A stretch of DNA of 64,000 nucleotides, from NCBI RefSeq assembly GCF_004010195.1, contig NC_057719.1, positions 88,191,352-88,255,351 of the forward strand. The letters run 5' to 3'. Source of the stretch: Chiloscyllium plagiosum. Its lineage: Eukaryota. The position numbers and the translations under genes are program-made. How positions within the stretch are numbered: the first letter of the stretch is position 1; every line of letters starts with the position of its first letter. Shown here piece by piece: positions 1 through 11,139 of the stretch. The notes below the pieces were generated by a model. It searched no databases. It had not been told where the DNA came from and saw nothing but the letters and a program-made list of their open reading frames with translations.

Positions 1-596
1 AGGAAAAGGTTAAGTAAACATAAAAGGACCATGAATGAATCAGTGGACTTTTAACATAAATCACCTGCTTGATTCTCACTATTGCTGACATTATTTACAG
101 ATTTTATCTTTTTGAACCAAATTCAGATTCTGAAAACATCATGACTGAGACTTAACACTCCATTTGCTGGATTATTAGTTCAAGCCCCCCAAGTATTAGT
201 CAAATAACAATCTAAGTAGAGGACAGTGGTTACGATGGTTTTCCTCAGGATGAGTACACGTCATGGAGTGAGGTCCTTAGTGTAAGTGAATTGTGAGGGG
301 ATAAATGTCTAAAACGGGAAGCCAGTGAAAGCTCATCTTCTCCTGCCATTACTAAATCCAGCAGGGATTCTACATCAATAAAATCAATTCAAGAGGAATG
401 TTTTTTCCCCAGACAGTGGTTAAAACATGGAATTCACAACCACATGGAGTAGAGGCAAAGGGCATAAACTCAAGAGGAAGATAAATTAAAAGAATTTGAG
501 AAAATAACAGAAGACTCTTGGGGACTAGCCATTGGATCAGCTAATAATCTGTTTCTGTGTAATTCTACTGAATGTAGTGAGTAGTATTTAACTTAC

Positions 597-1290
597 AGTT
601 GTTGCTCTTCTTTTCTTCCCCAGGGTCTGAGCGTCATTGAGTTCCCCTCCAGATGTGTAGCTGCTATCAGTTGCCCCTTCTGCTGCATTCGGTCCTTGTA
701 CTGCAGCTGAAGAACTCTGCTGGGAGAACACCTTGGACCTTTGGCTTGTCGTAGCAGTGTTCTGCCCACAGGGGTCATCGCTAGTGGAGTTGGGACACTT
801 TTTCCCCGGGCCACTGTTTATTGTGGAAACACGTTCGAACTCCAGGGGCGACTGTGAAGTCCGCTCAGTCTTCACGAAGGGAACATCCCGGGTGGAAGTG
901 CTCGTATCAGGCATAGCGTTGACACCACTGCCGCTGAACTGGACTGGACTGGGGAAGGCAGGACTGTTGCGGTTGGCTGGTTTCTCCTGGGAGGCCTGTG
1001 AGTTTGTTCCCGAAGGCGCAGCAGATAGCTGGCTGCTTGGAATGCTGGGTGCACGTTCACTGGCTCGGACTCCCCCAGAGTCTTTCCCCTCGTCGCCAAA
1101 CAGGCTGTAAATCGACCTCCTGTCTGTGACCACACTGCTTTCAGAGAGGCTGCGCTTCCGGACAGTTCCATTTGGAGTGATGGAGATCCCTTCCCACTGA
1201 AAACCTTCCAGAGAAGATAAATTTTCATCTTCATCCAGCTCCAGAGCTTCCAGATCAGTTTGCACGGAAGGAACCATCTCAATCCCAAAC
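597..1290 (-). CDS. ZNF106: ZNF106 coding exon (694 nt): FGIEMVP...SSLEGFQWEG...RKRSLSESSV...ATDSSYTSG...KKRRATT; the gene continues past the window edge
   Basis: ORF track 588..1370 trimmed to the acceptor tttttctag| (1290) and donor ACT|gtaagt (597). Phase is compatible with the previous exon. Confidence 0.94.
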
Positions 1291-2213
1291 CTAGAAAAAG
1301 AACCACATTGCAAATCCACAAGCTGTGCCCAGGCAGAGTCCAACAGCAAAGTCAAAACCAATATGTCCATGTACAGTTACAGGCACCGATCCCTCATGTG
1401 GGATGTGGATAAGGAAATATTCAGAGATCTGGAAACAATATAGGGCAAGGGGTGGGGAAAGGGACAGTGAACAAGAAAGAGTGGGGAAAGGACAGAGGGT
1501 GGAGATGGTGTGGGAGAGGGGGAACAAAGGAAAAGCAAGTGAATGCTCGGGAAGACAGAGGCGTGTCTAATTGGGAGAGAAATCCAAACCCAGACTCAAC
1601 AGCAGTCCACACGTGCCCAGTCACCTAGAGATGTTCAGACTGGCAAGTACAGCTGGGGGACAAAAATCCAGACACATAGTTCAAATCATTGTATAACAGT
1701 GAGAAGCTTTTACTGGAGAAAACCCGTCCAAATCAATTCCCAAGTACTACCACATGGTGTCAGAGCCCCTCCAGGTTCCTGTCTTTGAGGAACCATTTCA
1801 TCTCCACCCAATTCTCCCTGCTGCACCACTTTACTCAAAGCAATGAGCTACCAAATCCTAGTTTTGATTAATTTGATCCTGAGATTGAGCTCATCCCTTT
1901 GAGCATCTCACTGTGCTCAGGAAATCAAGCAGAAGAACTTAACTACACCCCACTCATGATGAATGGTCTTCAATAAAATGATACTCAACTAACTATTCCA
2001 ACTTAGGAGATAAGAAGATGCTAAGACTTTTTGGAGCACCTGAGAATGCTTTCACATAACTGTTGAGCATTGGGATAAGAATGACCTGACTGTACTTAAT
2101 AGCCCAGCTACATCAGAGAGTGTGCATGGCCAAGACAAGATCACCAAGTTATTGACAGACTAGACAGATTATAAGAACTAAAGAGAAAACGAACAATTTC
2201 TTTCAGTACTGAC

Positions 2214-4391
2214 CTCGGCAAACCCTTCCCAAGCTCCTGTTTCTTCTTCGCGACCTGTTGAATGACTTGATCCCAGTTGAGGTGACGCCGTGATACGTTC
2301 AACAGCTGGCGCAAGGTTGGTTTTAGGCCAGATTCCTTTTCTGATTCACTCTTTCTTTGGCTCCCAATGCTCCGAATTCTGCGGGCAATATTGAGGTTCG
2401 GTTCAGGGACATGCGTCCCAGGCCTTGCCTTTGCGTTGATGTGGCGGGTCAGGTCTCTCTGTATCGAGGTGGGAAGCCCAAGTTTGTTGAGCTCCGAGAG
2501 GAGATGGTTGGAGTTTTGAGGACCCCCGTTCTGCAGCTCTGAGTCGGAGGAACAATTATCACTGGTCTTGCCATAAGCAGTGCTTTGAATCTCATTATCA
2601 CTTTTGGTTTCAATCATTGCAAAGGAGAAGGTGGTAGGTGAATGAACACTGCTTCCTGCAGCTGAGGTGGCCTTAAATGCTCCTTTTGCAGCTGAAAGTT
2701 CGCAATTCACACCATCACCATTCTGAGAATATAACACAGCCATTTCCTGCTTCAATGGATTGAAACGTAGTTGCCCCTGACCTGAACAAATGTTGGCAGA
2801 GTCTACACACATAGTTTGTTTTGTTTCTTCTGAGATGTCAGTAAATTCCTCTTCACCAATTGCTTTGCAGCCTAATCGAGCTTCTGCCATGTTTGGATTT
2901 GCACTAGCCGTTGCTGGGGGGGACTTGCAAGCTGTTTTATTGTTTCTATTTTTCCAGTTAATCTCTGTGGACTCTGTACAAGCTTCCTGCTGGCTGCACT
3001 TCACAGCTTCAGTCTGACTGCATCTCAAAGCTTCTCTGGCACGCCTGAGCTCTTCACTCAAACTGCTGTCCAGCTGGTATTTACCGGTACTGTTTGGCAC
3101 ATCCAGCGAAGGTTGTATAGTCAGGCTTCGGCTAGATTGTGTTGAAAGTGGAGCTCCCGATGCAGTAAGTGGGCTATTTGGCTGTAGTATGGCATTACTG
3201 AATGGTGAGCAGCTCTGTGTTTCTAAACCGGGTTTGCTCAGGGACTTCCCACTTTCTGTGCTACACGAAGATTTATTTTCTTTCAAAAGACTTGTCGGAT
3301 CTAAATTTGATGCACACGGTGTGAATTCAGGAGGAGGAAATGATTTGGTGCGAAGTGTACCAGGAACCCGATTCCCATCTTTGTCCATTATTTTGGTTCC
3401 ATTCTCAGAGGCACCTGCTTGCTGATTCAGAGAATTCTCACAGCCATTCAGGCTGCCACTTGTCTTCCCAGGGACAGAGGCAGCGCTGCCCTCATGTTCC
3501 GTTTCTAGTTCTTTAGGTTTTTGCAACATACTACCTTTCATGGAATCATCATTGCCTTTTTGTTTAGACCCGGGATCTCGGGCTGCCACAGGTACCTCTG
3601 CAGATTTATGAGACCGATAAGGGGCCCACCGATGTTTCTTATCTCTTGAGGGGCTCGACCCTTTCCCCCCGTTCTGGTCTTCTTTACTCAGTTTGCCATC
3701 CTGTGGGTCAAACATCATCATTCCTTGATTTGTCACATCATCTCTAGTGAAATCCATGTAGCCCTGGAATGGGCCATCACCCAGGTTCCACCTGTCACCG
3801 GGGTCCCTCTGTGCCAACGCTGCTCCTCTGCCATCAGCTGTCCGCCTCCAGTTTTGTGTGTTCTCCCAGATATACCGGTCTCTTTTAGCCTCTTTTTTAT
3901 TCAGCTTGCGCAGTTTCGCCATATTGTTTAATACACAAGGCTGGAATCTCGCATTCGGACAAGTGGTCATGTACTGAGATGGATTGTCCCCATTGTTGCT
4001 GACATTGGTGTTCCAGTTGGGTGCTCCACTCTGGCTTTGGGAGTGCCAGCCAGACACTCCCCCTGATCCACTGGAATGCCAGTTGTAGTTGGAATACCAC
4101 TGTGGCGAGCCTCCTGTACCATGTGAATGCCAATTATAAGATCCCCTTGGTGAGTGCCAAGGAGCCCCTGAATTGGTCTTCCAATGGCAATACTGAAAAT
4201 TGTTTGATCTGGAGTTTCCATAATCTCGTGACTCCCAATCCCAGTTACACTCTCCTTTTTCATGATGCCATGGGGACGGATTATACTTGCTCATGGGTTC
4301 AGGGTATGCCTGTCGATCTTCTCGTGGCCTCCTGTGCTGCCTGTCATCATTTTCTGTTGCTCTGTTCCATGTTGTTGAAGTATCATTCTTT
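2214..4391 (-). CDS. ZNF106: ZNF106 large coding exon (2178 nt): W/G/S/N-rich low-complexity region, ending in the conserved block LNKLGLPTSIQRDLTRHI...PEPNLNIARRIR...KKKQELGKGLPR
   Basis: ORF track 2141..4294 extended 97 nt upstream to the acceptor ttttcatgcag|. Donor CCGAG|gtcagt; phase 2/2. The C-terminal block matches recalled human ZNF106. Confidence 0.95.
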
Positions 4392-5269
4392 CTGCATGAA
4401 AAGAAAACGGAAGCGGTCAGACAGAATTACAGCAATTAGAGCGTACAGGGACACCATTCAGCCTGTCATACCTTCACCAGCTCTTCAACTGTAGTTATCT
4501 ACTAAATCATTTCCAGCCCCTTTTCCATCACATTTCATTTTTCTTTTCCAAATATTGATCTATTCCCCTCTAAATATGATCATTTCTGTTCAGCAATAAC
4601 TAATGTATATCATTCCATGTTCTAAATTCTCTATGTTAAAACAGTTGTCACCTCTTGAAACCTCCTCTAATCTCAGTTAGATTTCCTGTCCTTGGCTTTC
4701 ATTGTGACTGTGCACATTCCCCAATTCCCTGCACCCGACCACTGGTGACCGAGTTAGCTCTTGCTCTGCAAACATACTTGCCTGCCAAGATGCCCTTTTC
4801 TTTAAAAAAAAAACTCTAAATACCCATCTTTTTGTCTAAATCTTTAGCCTCTTCTACAGTCATATGTTCCACTCTTCTTACCACTTCTCTATTGACGCGA
4901 AACAGTGAAATTTGCAAGATGGCTATGTTTTACAATTTAATTTCAACTCAAAACTACTTCGGAGAACTGTAGAAAGAAACATGTACTTGCCATTCCTGAT
5001 AAACACCTCAGTTTGGAGAAATACCCATGTGATCTCATGCCATGAGGAGAGAAACTCAAGTGTAAATCCATTGCAATGGAATGCTAGTTTTAACACCTTT
5101 CATAGTATCCCACAGAACAGAGCACAGGTACTAATGAGATACAGGTCGAAGAGTTGAAACTCTCCACCTGACAAATCTTCGCTGTTCTGTTCAAAACAGT
5201 AACGAGCAAAAATAACTTCTCAATGTAGAGAAGTTTAACTTGAACTGACAACTGGTAGTATTGTGGATG

Positions 5270-6345
5270 GTGAAGACACAAAGAGATGTGATTAACTGGG
5301 ATTGAGGGGTGATAGATTTAAGACAGATGTCAGAGGCATGTTCTTTACTCAGAGTGGTAAGGGCGTGGAATGCCCTGCCTGACAATGTAGTTAACTCAGC
5401 CACATTAGGGAGATTTAAACAATCCTTGGATAAGCACATGGATGATGATGGGATAGCGTAGGGGGACGAGCTAAGAATAGTTCACAGGTCGGCGTACATT
5501 GAGGGCCGAAAGGCCTGTTCTGCGCTCTATTATTCTATGTTCTATAGGCTGAGGAGTGGAAAGTATAATTTAATTTGGACCAATGTGAGGTATTGCATTT
5601 TGGTGAAACAAACAAGGGCAGGACTTATTCAATTACAAGTAGGGCTGTCGTGGTGTTGCAAAACAGAGAACACTAGGGGCTCAAGTATATATTTCTTTGA
5701 AGTTTGTATCACATGTAGATGGGGTTGTAAAGAAGGCATTTAGCATGATGGCCTTCAGTGTTTAGACCATTGAGTATAGGAGTTGGGACGCCATGTTGAG
5801 GATTGTACAGGGCCTTGGTGAGGCCTCTTCTGGAGTAGTGTGTTCAGTTCTGGTTGCCCTGCTTTGGAAGGATATTATTAAGCTGAGAGGGTTCAGAATT
5901 TACCCAGATGTTGCTGGGAATAGAGGGGTTGAGTTAAAGAGAGAAGTTGGATAGACTTTTGCCATCGGGGTATAGGAGAGTGACCTTATAGAGGTTTATA
6001 AAACATTGAGCATATGGATAAGGTGAAAGGCAGGTGCCTCTTCCCGAGGGTTGGAGATTTTAAGACTAGGGGGCATATTTTTTAAAGTGAGAGGAGAAAG
6101 ATTTAAAAAAGACACAAGGGGCAACGTTTGTTTTACACAGTACTCGTCTGTGGAATGAACTTCCAGAGGAAGTGGTAGATGCGGGTACAGTTACAATGTT
6201 TAAAAGACATTTGGATAAACTCATGAATAAGAAATATTTGGAAGGGCAGACAGGTAAAACTGGTTCAGTTCGGGATTATGGTCAGGATAGATGAGTGGAA
6301 CCAAAAGGTCTGTTTTCGTGCTGTATGACCCCGTGGGTCTATGAC
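5270..6345 (+). mobile_element. Two adjacent CR1/HER1-type LINE 3' fragments
   Basis: FFTQRVVRAWNALP-like 3' ORF2 sequence and short-repeat tails. Similar to other CR1 copies in the window. Confidence 0.75.
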
Positions 6346-6669
6346 AAAACCTTCTAAAGGGGTCCGATATGGGACCTCTGCAATTCCAAATTATCACTTA
6401 TAACCTGAGGGAGACAGGAATTCATTCATGTTGATGTTATTTGGCTCCAGGAAAACACAAGTGGAGGGGAATGCATATCACAGGACATTAAGGGATTTGA
6501 CGGAGTGTAGCAGAGAGGTGATCCTTACTAACAGCCAATTATCTTTTCATACAACATCTTTGCCAAAAGCGTGATGTTAGGTAAAAGTGTATAAGACATA
6601 CTTTGGTTGTGTTGTTAAATGCAAAACATAACCTTTTATATTATGATTTGCATATAATTTGCCTTTTAA

Positions 6670-6975
6670 TTAGATTAGATTAAATTAGATTCCCTACAGC
6701 ATGGAAACAGGCCCTTTAGCCCAACGAGTCCATACCGACCCTCCGAAGAACAACCCACCCAGACCCAGTCCCATATATTTACTCCTGATAAAGACACCTA
6801 ACACTATGGACAACTTAGCATGGCTAATTCACCTGACCTCAACATCTTTGGACTGTGGGAGGAAACCGGAGCACCAGGAGGAAACCCACGCAGACAGTTG
6901 TCCAAAACGGGAATCGAACCTGGGCCACCGGCGCTGTGAGAAAGCAGTGTTAACCACTGAGCCACTGTGCCACCC
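6670..6975 (-). mobile_element. HE1-like tRNA-derived V-SINE
   Basis: tRNA-like head with B box (GGTTCGATTCCC on minus), central tgtgggaggaaaccggagcac domain and (TCTAA)n tail. Multiple similar copies in the window. Confidence 0.85.
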
Positions 6976-7726
6976 CAATTAATATTTAGTCTCCTATTTT
7001 TAATCTCTGTTGCAGTAAAGGTTTGAAAATATTGTCCTTCAACCTTTTTATCATCATTAGGAAGATTCATCTCTTTCAAAAAGTTATCATTCTAGGGGAA
7101 GTGTAACACCATGAAGTACACTGCGACAGTGTACATAGTTGTTCCTGTCAATATCTGGCAGGTTTGCAGATTTTAAACAGTTGTCTGCACTTACTGTAGC
7201 TTCAAACATCGTGTTTATCTTCGTGAGAGTCTCTTACTGAAACAGAAACTACAGCTCCCAGTTTCTGAGAGAGGGAATTGAAAATTGGAATTCCTGGCCA
7301 TGACGTCTAAGAAATCAGCCTGTGGCTCAGATTGGCTATGGAAATGGAAGCATAGTCAAATTTTACCCAATAGACAGAAAAGGTAAGATTCAAAGTTAAT
7401 TTTTTTAAGCACAGGATGGACAGTTTGGTAGTGATGGAGAAGCTGAATAAAAAACACCCAAGGTGGATAGTAGTGCACAGCTGGAAGACATCCAAAACAA
7501 CTGATTCTGGGAGCAGGGTTGTGAAAGATCCCAAAGGATGCACCTTTTGGCAGACATTCGAATATGGAAATGTGGGAGTAAGAAATTTGTTGTCAGATGG
7601 GATTACAGAAAACTCCACCTGGAAAGAAGAGGGGTTCGAAAGACTTTGTGGCCGAGGTGATTGCCATATATGCCAATGGAAATACTTGAGACATTTCAGA
7701 GATTTATCTATAGTAATTATATTTCT

Positions 7727-8012
7727 TTAGATTAGATTCCCTAGAGTGTGGAAACAGGCCCTTTGGCCCAACCAGTCCACACCCACCCAAACTCTGCCTG
7801 ATGCACCTAACATTACGGGCAATTTAGCATGGCCAATTCACATTACCTGCACATCTTTGGACTGTGGGAGAAAACTGGAGCACCCAGAGGAAACGCACAC
7901 AGACACTGGGAGAATGTGCAAACTCCACACAGCCACTTGCCCAAGGCTGGAATCAAACCTGGGACCCTGGTGCTGTGAGGCAGCAGTGCTAACCACTGAG
8001 CCACTGTGCCAT
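7727..8012 (-). mobile_element. HE1-like V-SINE
   Basis: Same consensus as 6670-6975. Confidence 0.85.
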
Positions 8013-9318
8013 CCAACTGTACAATTCCTACAGATACAATTGCATTTATTTTGGTTTGACGGAGTAAAAGTTTAAAAATCTACATGTAGACCACTGGTTA
8101 CTTCTGCTGGATCAAATGAGAGGTTTCGCAGGACTTAAATGGTCTCCACAGGAGATTGGACATGCTTCAGATAATTTTACAAAATAGCCTACTATACAAA
8201 TTTAGTTTCAGGGGATAACATGAAAAGCTACACATGAAGGCTGAATGTTGGAAGACCAATAAAACTGTAATATTTGTACTGACAATGTCCCTGCCTAGAA
8301 AATACTGTTCCTAGAAAATACTGGGTTACAGAAATTTATAGGAGTATTCTCTTTAATGGTAGTATCACACTCTTGTATGGCAAGAGAGGAAAGCCAATTG
8401 TTTTCCTTAGAGATACAGGGGTGGCAGAGAAACCAGTGGTCGACGATATGCATTTCTCTCCAGATAGTTCACTAAATGCAAAGATATTGATTCAAGATAT
8501 TGAAGGCAATTATTTAACTCTCCATTGTACAGGCTTAATTTAAACAGAATGTACACACTTAATGCAGGATATAGGACACTGCCATTTAAGATTGCCATCT
8601 TGATCCATCTGTGCATACACTGTTTGTTGTACCCTTTACATCAGCCATTCCTGTATAGTACAAGTAGTTGAAGCACAATTTCAGGCTACTCCCAGAAAAC
8701 TGAACTGGATTAGAGCCTAATCAAATTTGTTGCAATTGGGTTAATAAACGACAAAGAGAACAGCCTTGTAAAAAATATCAGAGCTGAAAGTGACAGCAAC
8801 ATGCAATTAAAATACAGGGAAAAAGGTCTGTACAAAATTCTAAAAACAGTCACTACTTGGAAAGCTACACCCCAGGGCTTCTCCCTAGTGTACTTGCATT
8901 TCTTATTTACATTTCTTTGCAACACATGGTGCTTTGTTGTTTGGTGAGAGTTTAAAAAGGTACACTTGAATCTCATACACATTAATCATTTAACAGTGGT
9001 GTTGGCCACAGTGCAGCCTAAACTAAACCATGACCTAGTCACTGGTCCTGATTCCGTTTACGTCATTTGCCACTGAAGATGTGGATCACATCCCCTCTAG
9101 GTTGCCATTCCAAGGTTCCATGTGACGATGCATTGACTTCCACTTTTAGAAGTTGATGGCCAACTGAGTAGCAAAGTTAGAGAGAATGTTGGTGTGGATC
9201 CCTGGGAAGTAGCTGAACATAAGGTCTGACAGGGAAAGCCGAGTGACTGAACAGAATTTTGTGAATCTGCTGCTAATAATGATGTTTCTGAAGATGGTCC
9301 AGAAGAGTTAGAAACTCT

Positions 9319-9519
9319 AACATAAAAACAGAAAGGACTGGAGAAACTTAGCAGGTCAGGCAGATTCCATGGAGAAAGGAACAGAATTAACGTACAGAGT
9401 CCAGTGACACTTCCATGGACAACTTCTTCCGAAGACATGTGCTGCCAGATCTGCTGAGTTTCTCCAGCACTCTATTTTCATTTTAGTACTCCAGCACCCA
9501 CAGTAGTTTGCTTTCATTT
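9319..9519. mobile_element. Short hairpin-type Penelope-terminus-like insertion with a 14-bp TSD
   Basis: GAGTTAGAAACTCT at 9305-9318 and 9520-9533. Imperfect internal inverted repeat (ctggagaaacttagcagg / ctgctgagtttctccag). Confidence 0.75.
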
Positions 9520-9664
9520 GAGTTAGAAACTCTGTCTGCTGGTTTAAAAAGTATATTTAAAAATTATGAAGATAAAGAGGAAAACATAACATTTAAATTA
9601 ACTTGCAAATAGCTTGAATGAAAAATGCAGGAAAAGCATGAGTTAAATGCGGCAATGTCACAAG

Positions 9665-9882
9665 GCTGAAAATGTGTTGCTGGAAAAGCGCAGCAGGTCA
9701 GGCAGCATCCAGGGAACAGGAGAATCGACGTTTCGGGCATAAGCCCTTCTTCAGGAATGAGGAAGGGCTTATGCCCGAAACGTCGATTCTCCTGTTCCCT
9801 GGATGCTGCCTGACCTGCTGCGCTTTTCCAGCAACACATTTTCAGCTCTGATCTCCAGCATCTGCAGACCTCACTTTCTCCT
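9665..9882. mobile_element. Young palindromic Penelope pLTR-derived mini-element with a hammerhead-like motif and 12-bp TSD
   Basis: Perfect 85-bp inverted arms 9665-9749 / 9762-9846. TSD CAATGTCACAAG at 9653-9664 and 9883-9894. The sequence matches the termini of the RT/GIY-YIG element at 24639-26978. Confidence 0.85.
9727..9754 (-). ncRNA. Minimal hammerhead-ribozyme-like motif (CUGAAGA-A-GGGC-UUAU-GCCC-GAAAC-GUC), sense to ZNF106
   Basis: Conserved core CUGANGA...GAAA...NUH with a 4-bp stem II and palindromic ACGU replacing stem III, as known for Penelope-like element hammerheads. Activity not shown. Confidence 0.65.
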
Positions 9883-9894
9883 CAATGTCACAAG

Positions 9895-10086
9895 ACACCA
9901 AGTTATAGTCCAACAGGTTTATTTGAAATCACAAGTTTTCGGAGTGCTGTTCCTTCGTCAGGTGAAGTGAAGGAGGAGCAGTGCTCTGAAAGCTTGTAAT
10001 CTGAAATAAACCTGTTGGACTATAACCTGGTGTCATGCGACTTCTGACCTTGTCCAACCAAGCCCAACACCGGCACTTCCACATCG
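9895..10086. mobile_element. Second-family palindromic mini-element, interrupted at its left end by the 9665-9882 element
   Basis: Inverted arms ~9895-9956 / ~9972-10034. TSD-like TAAATG(C/T)GGCAA at 9644-9655 and 10087-10098. Homologous to 20633-20828. Confidence 0.75.
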
Positions 10087-10256
10087 TAAATGTGGCAAAA
10101 CAGATAGCAACAGTACTTAAATCTAATGGTGCAAAAAGGAGGAAATATGCTTTGTAAGAAAATGAGGAGGTTGAATGCAATGCTAACATGACACAGTTGC
10201 AGAAAAAGTACTTGCTCAAAAAAGTGAATCTTATTCATTGACTTCTATTGTTGGAG

Positions 10257-10879
10257 AATACTCAGTTGGAGACATCTCCTCATCTAACGGTGGACCCCTA
10301 ACATGTCACATGACAAATTGGATACGATACAATGATAGACTGAAGTGGTGAAGACACAGCTTGGGTGTGTTTAGTGCATTTGTGGAAGCTAATGCAGAAT
10401 GAACTCCAAGGTTAAATGGCCTACTCTCATTTGTATGACTTCAGAAATACAGAGGGACAAGAGTTGATCTAATAGGCGTGGATTCTTTTAAGAGAAGTAA
10501 AAGTTTGTTTATATTGGTCAGTAAATCAGTAAGAAGGGGCATTCTGATTCATATTGAAATAAATTTCCGAAATTTATTTCAATATGAATCAGAATGCCCC
10601 TTCTTACTGATTTACTGACCAATATAAACAAACTTTTACTTCTCTTAAAAGAATCCACGCCTATTAGATCAACTCTTGTCCCTCTGTATTTCTGAAGTCA
10701 TACAAATGAGAGTAGGCCATTTAACCTTGGAGTTCATTCTGCATTAGCTTCCACAAATGCACTAAACACACCCAAGCTGTGTCTTCACCACTTCAGTCTA
10801 TCATTGTACCGTATCCAATTTGTCATGTGACATGTTAGGGGTCCACCGTTAGATGAGGAGATGTCTCCAACTGAGTATT
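10257..10879. repeat. Near-perfect 623-bp palindrome (311-bp arms, 1-nt spacer at 10568)
   Basis: Arms compared by eye; the only mismatch found is 10327(A)/10809(C). Centre ...GAAATAAATTTC-C-GAAATTTATTTC... Confidence 0.97.
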
Positions 10880-11139
10880 GGGAAAACCAAAGCCATAAGT
10901 GTCAGTACCTACCCTCTGCTCTCTAAACAAGAACTCCATGCCTCAACTCTGGCAGATATTGAAAGCTGAACCTGAGCTCAGCTTGGAACCGCATACCTGC
11001 TCCATCACTAAGACTGCCTGTTCCCAATTTTGAAATAATTCCTGTATTTGTCAGGCCTCAGTTCATCTGCTCTCAAAATCCTCCTCCATACAAATGTTAC
11101 CTCTAAATCTGACAACATCAATGTTCTCTTGTCTGGTTA

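Noticed and set aside
733..1110. Plus-strand ORFs overlapping ZNF106 exons (733..1110, 2790..3017, 3189..3425, 4021..4494)
   Set aside because: Antisense shadows of GC-balanced coding exons, with no recognisable domains or splice context.
1291..1370. ORF-track extensions MDILVLTLLL... and ...SVLKEIVRFLF... (2141-2213)
   Set aside because: They lie beyond canonical splice sites, and similarity to ZNF106 stops exactly at those sites. Treated as intronic read-through.
9564..9839. ORF MCCWKSAAGQAAS... and related MPETSILL... peptides
   Set aside because: Translations of the Penelope terminus hairpin, with no coding evidence.
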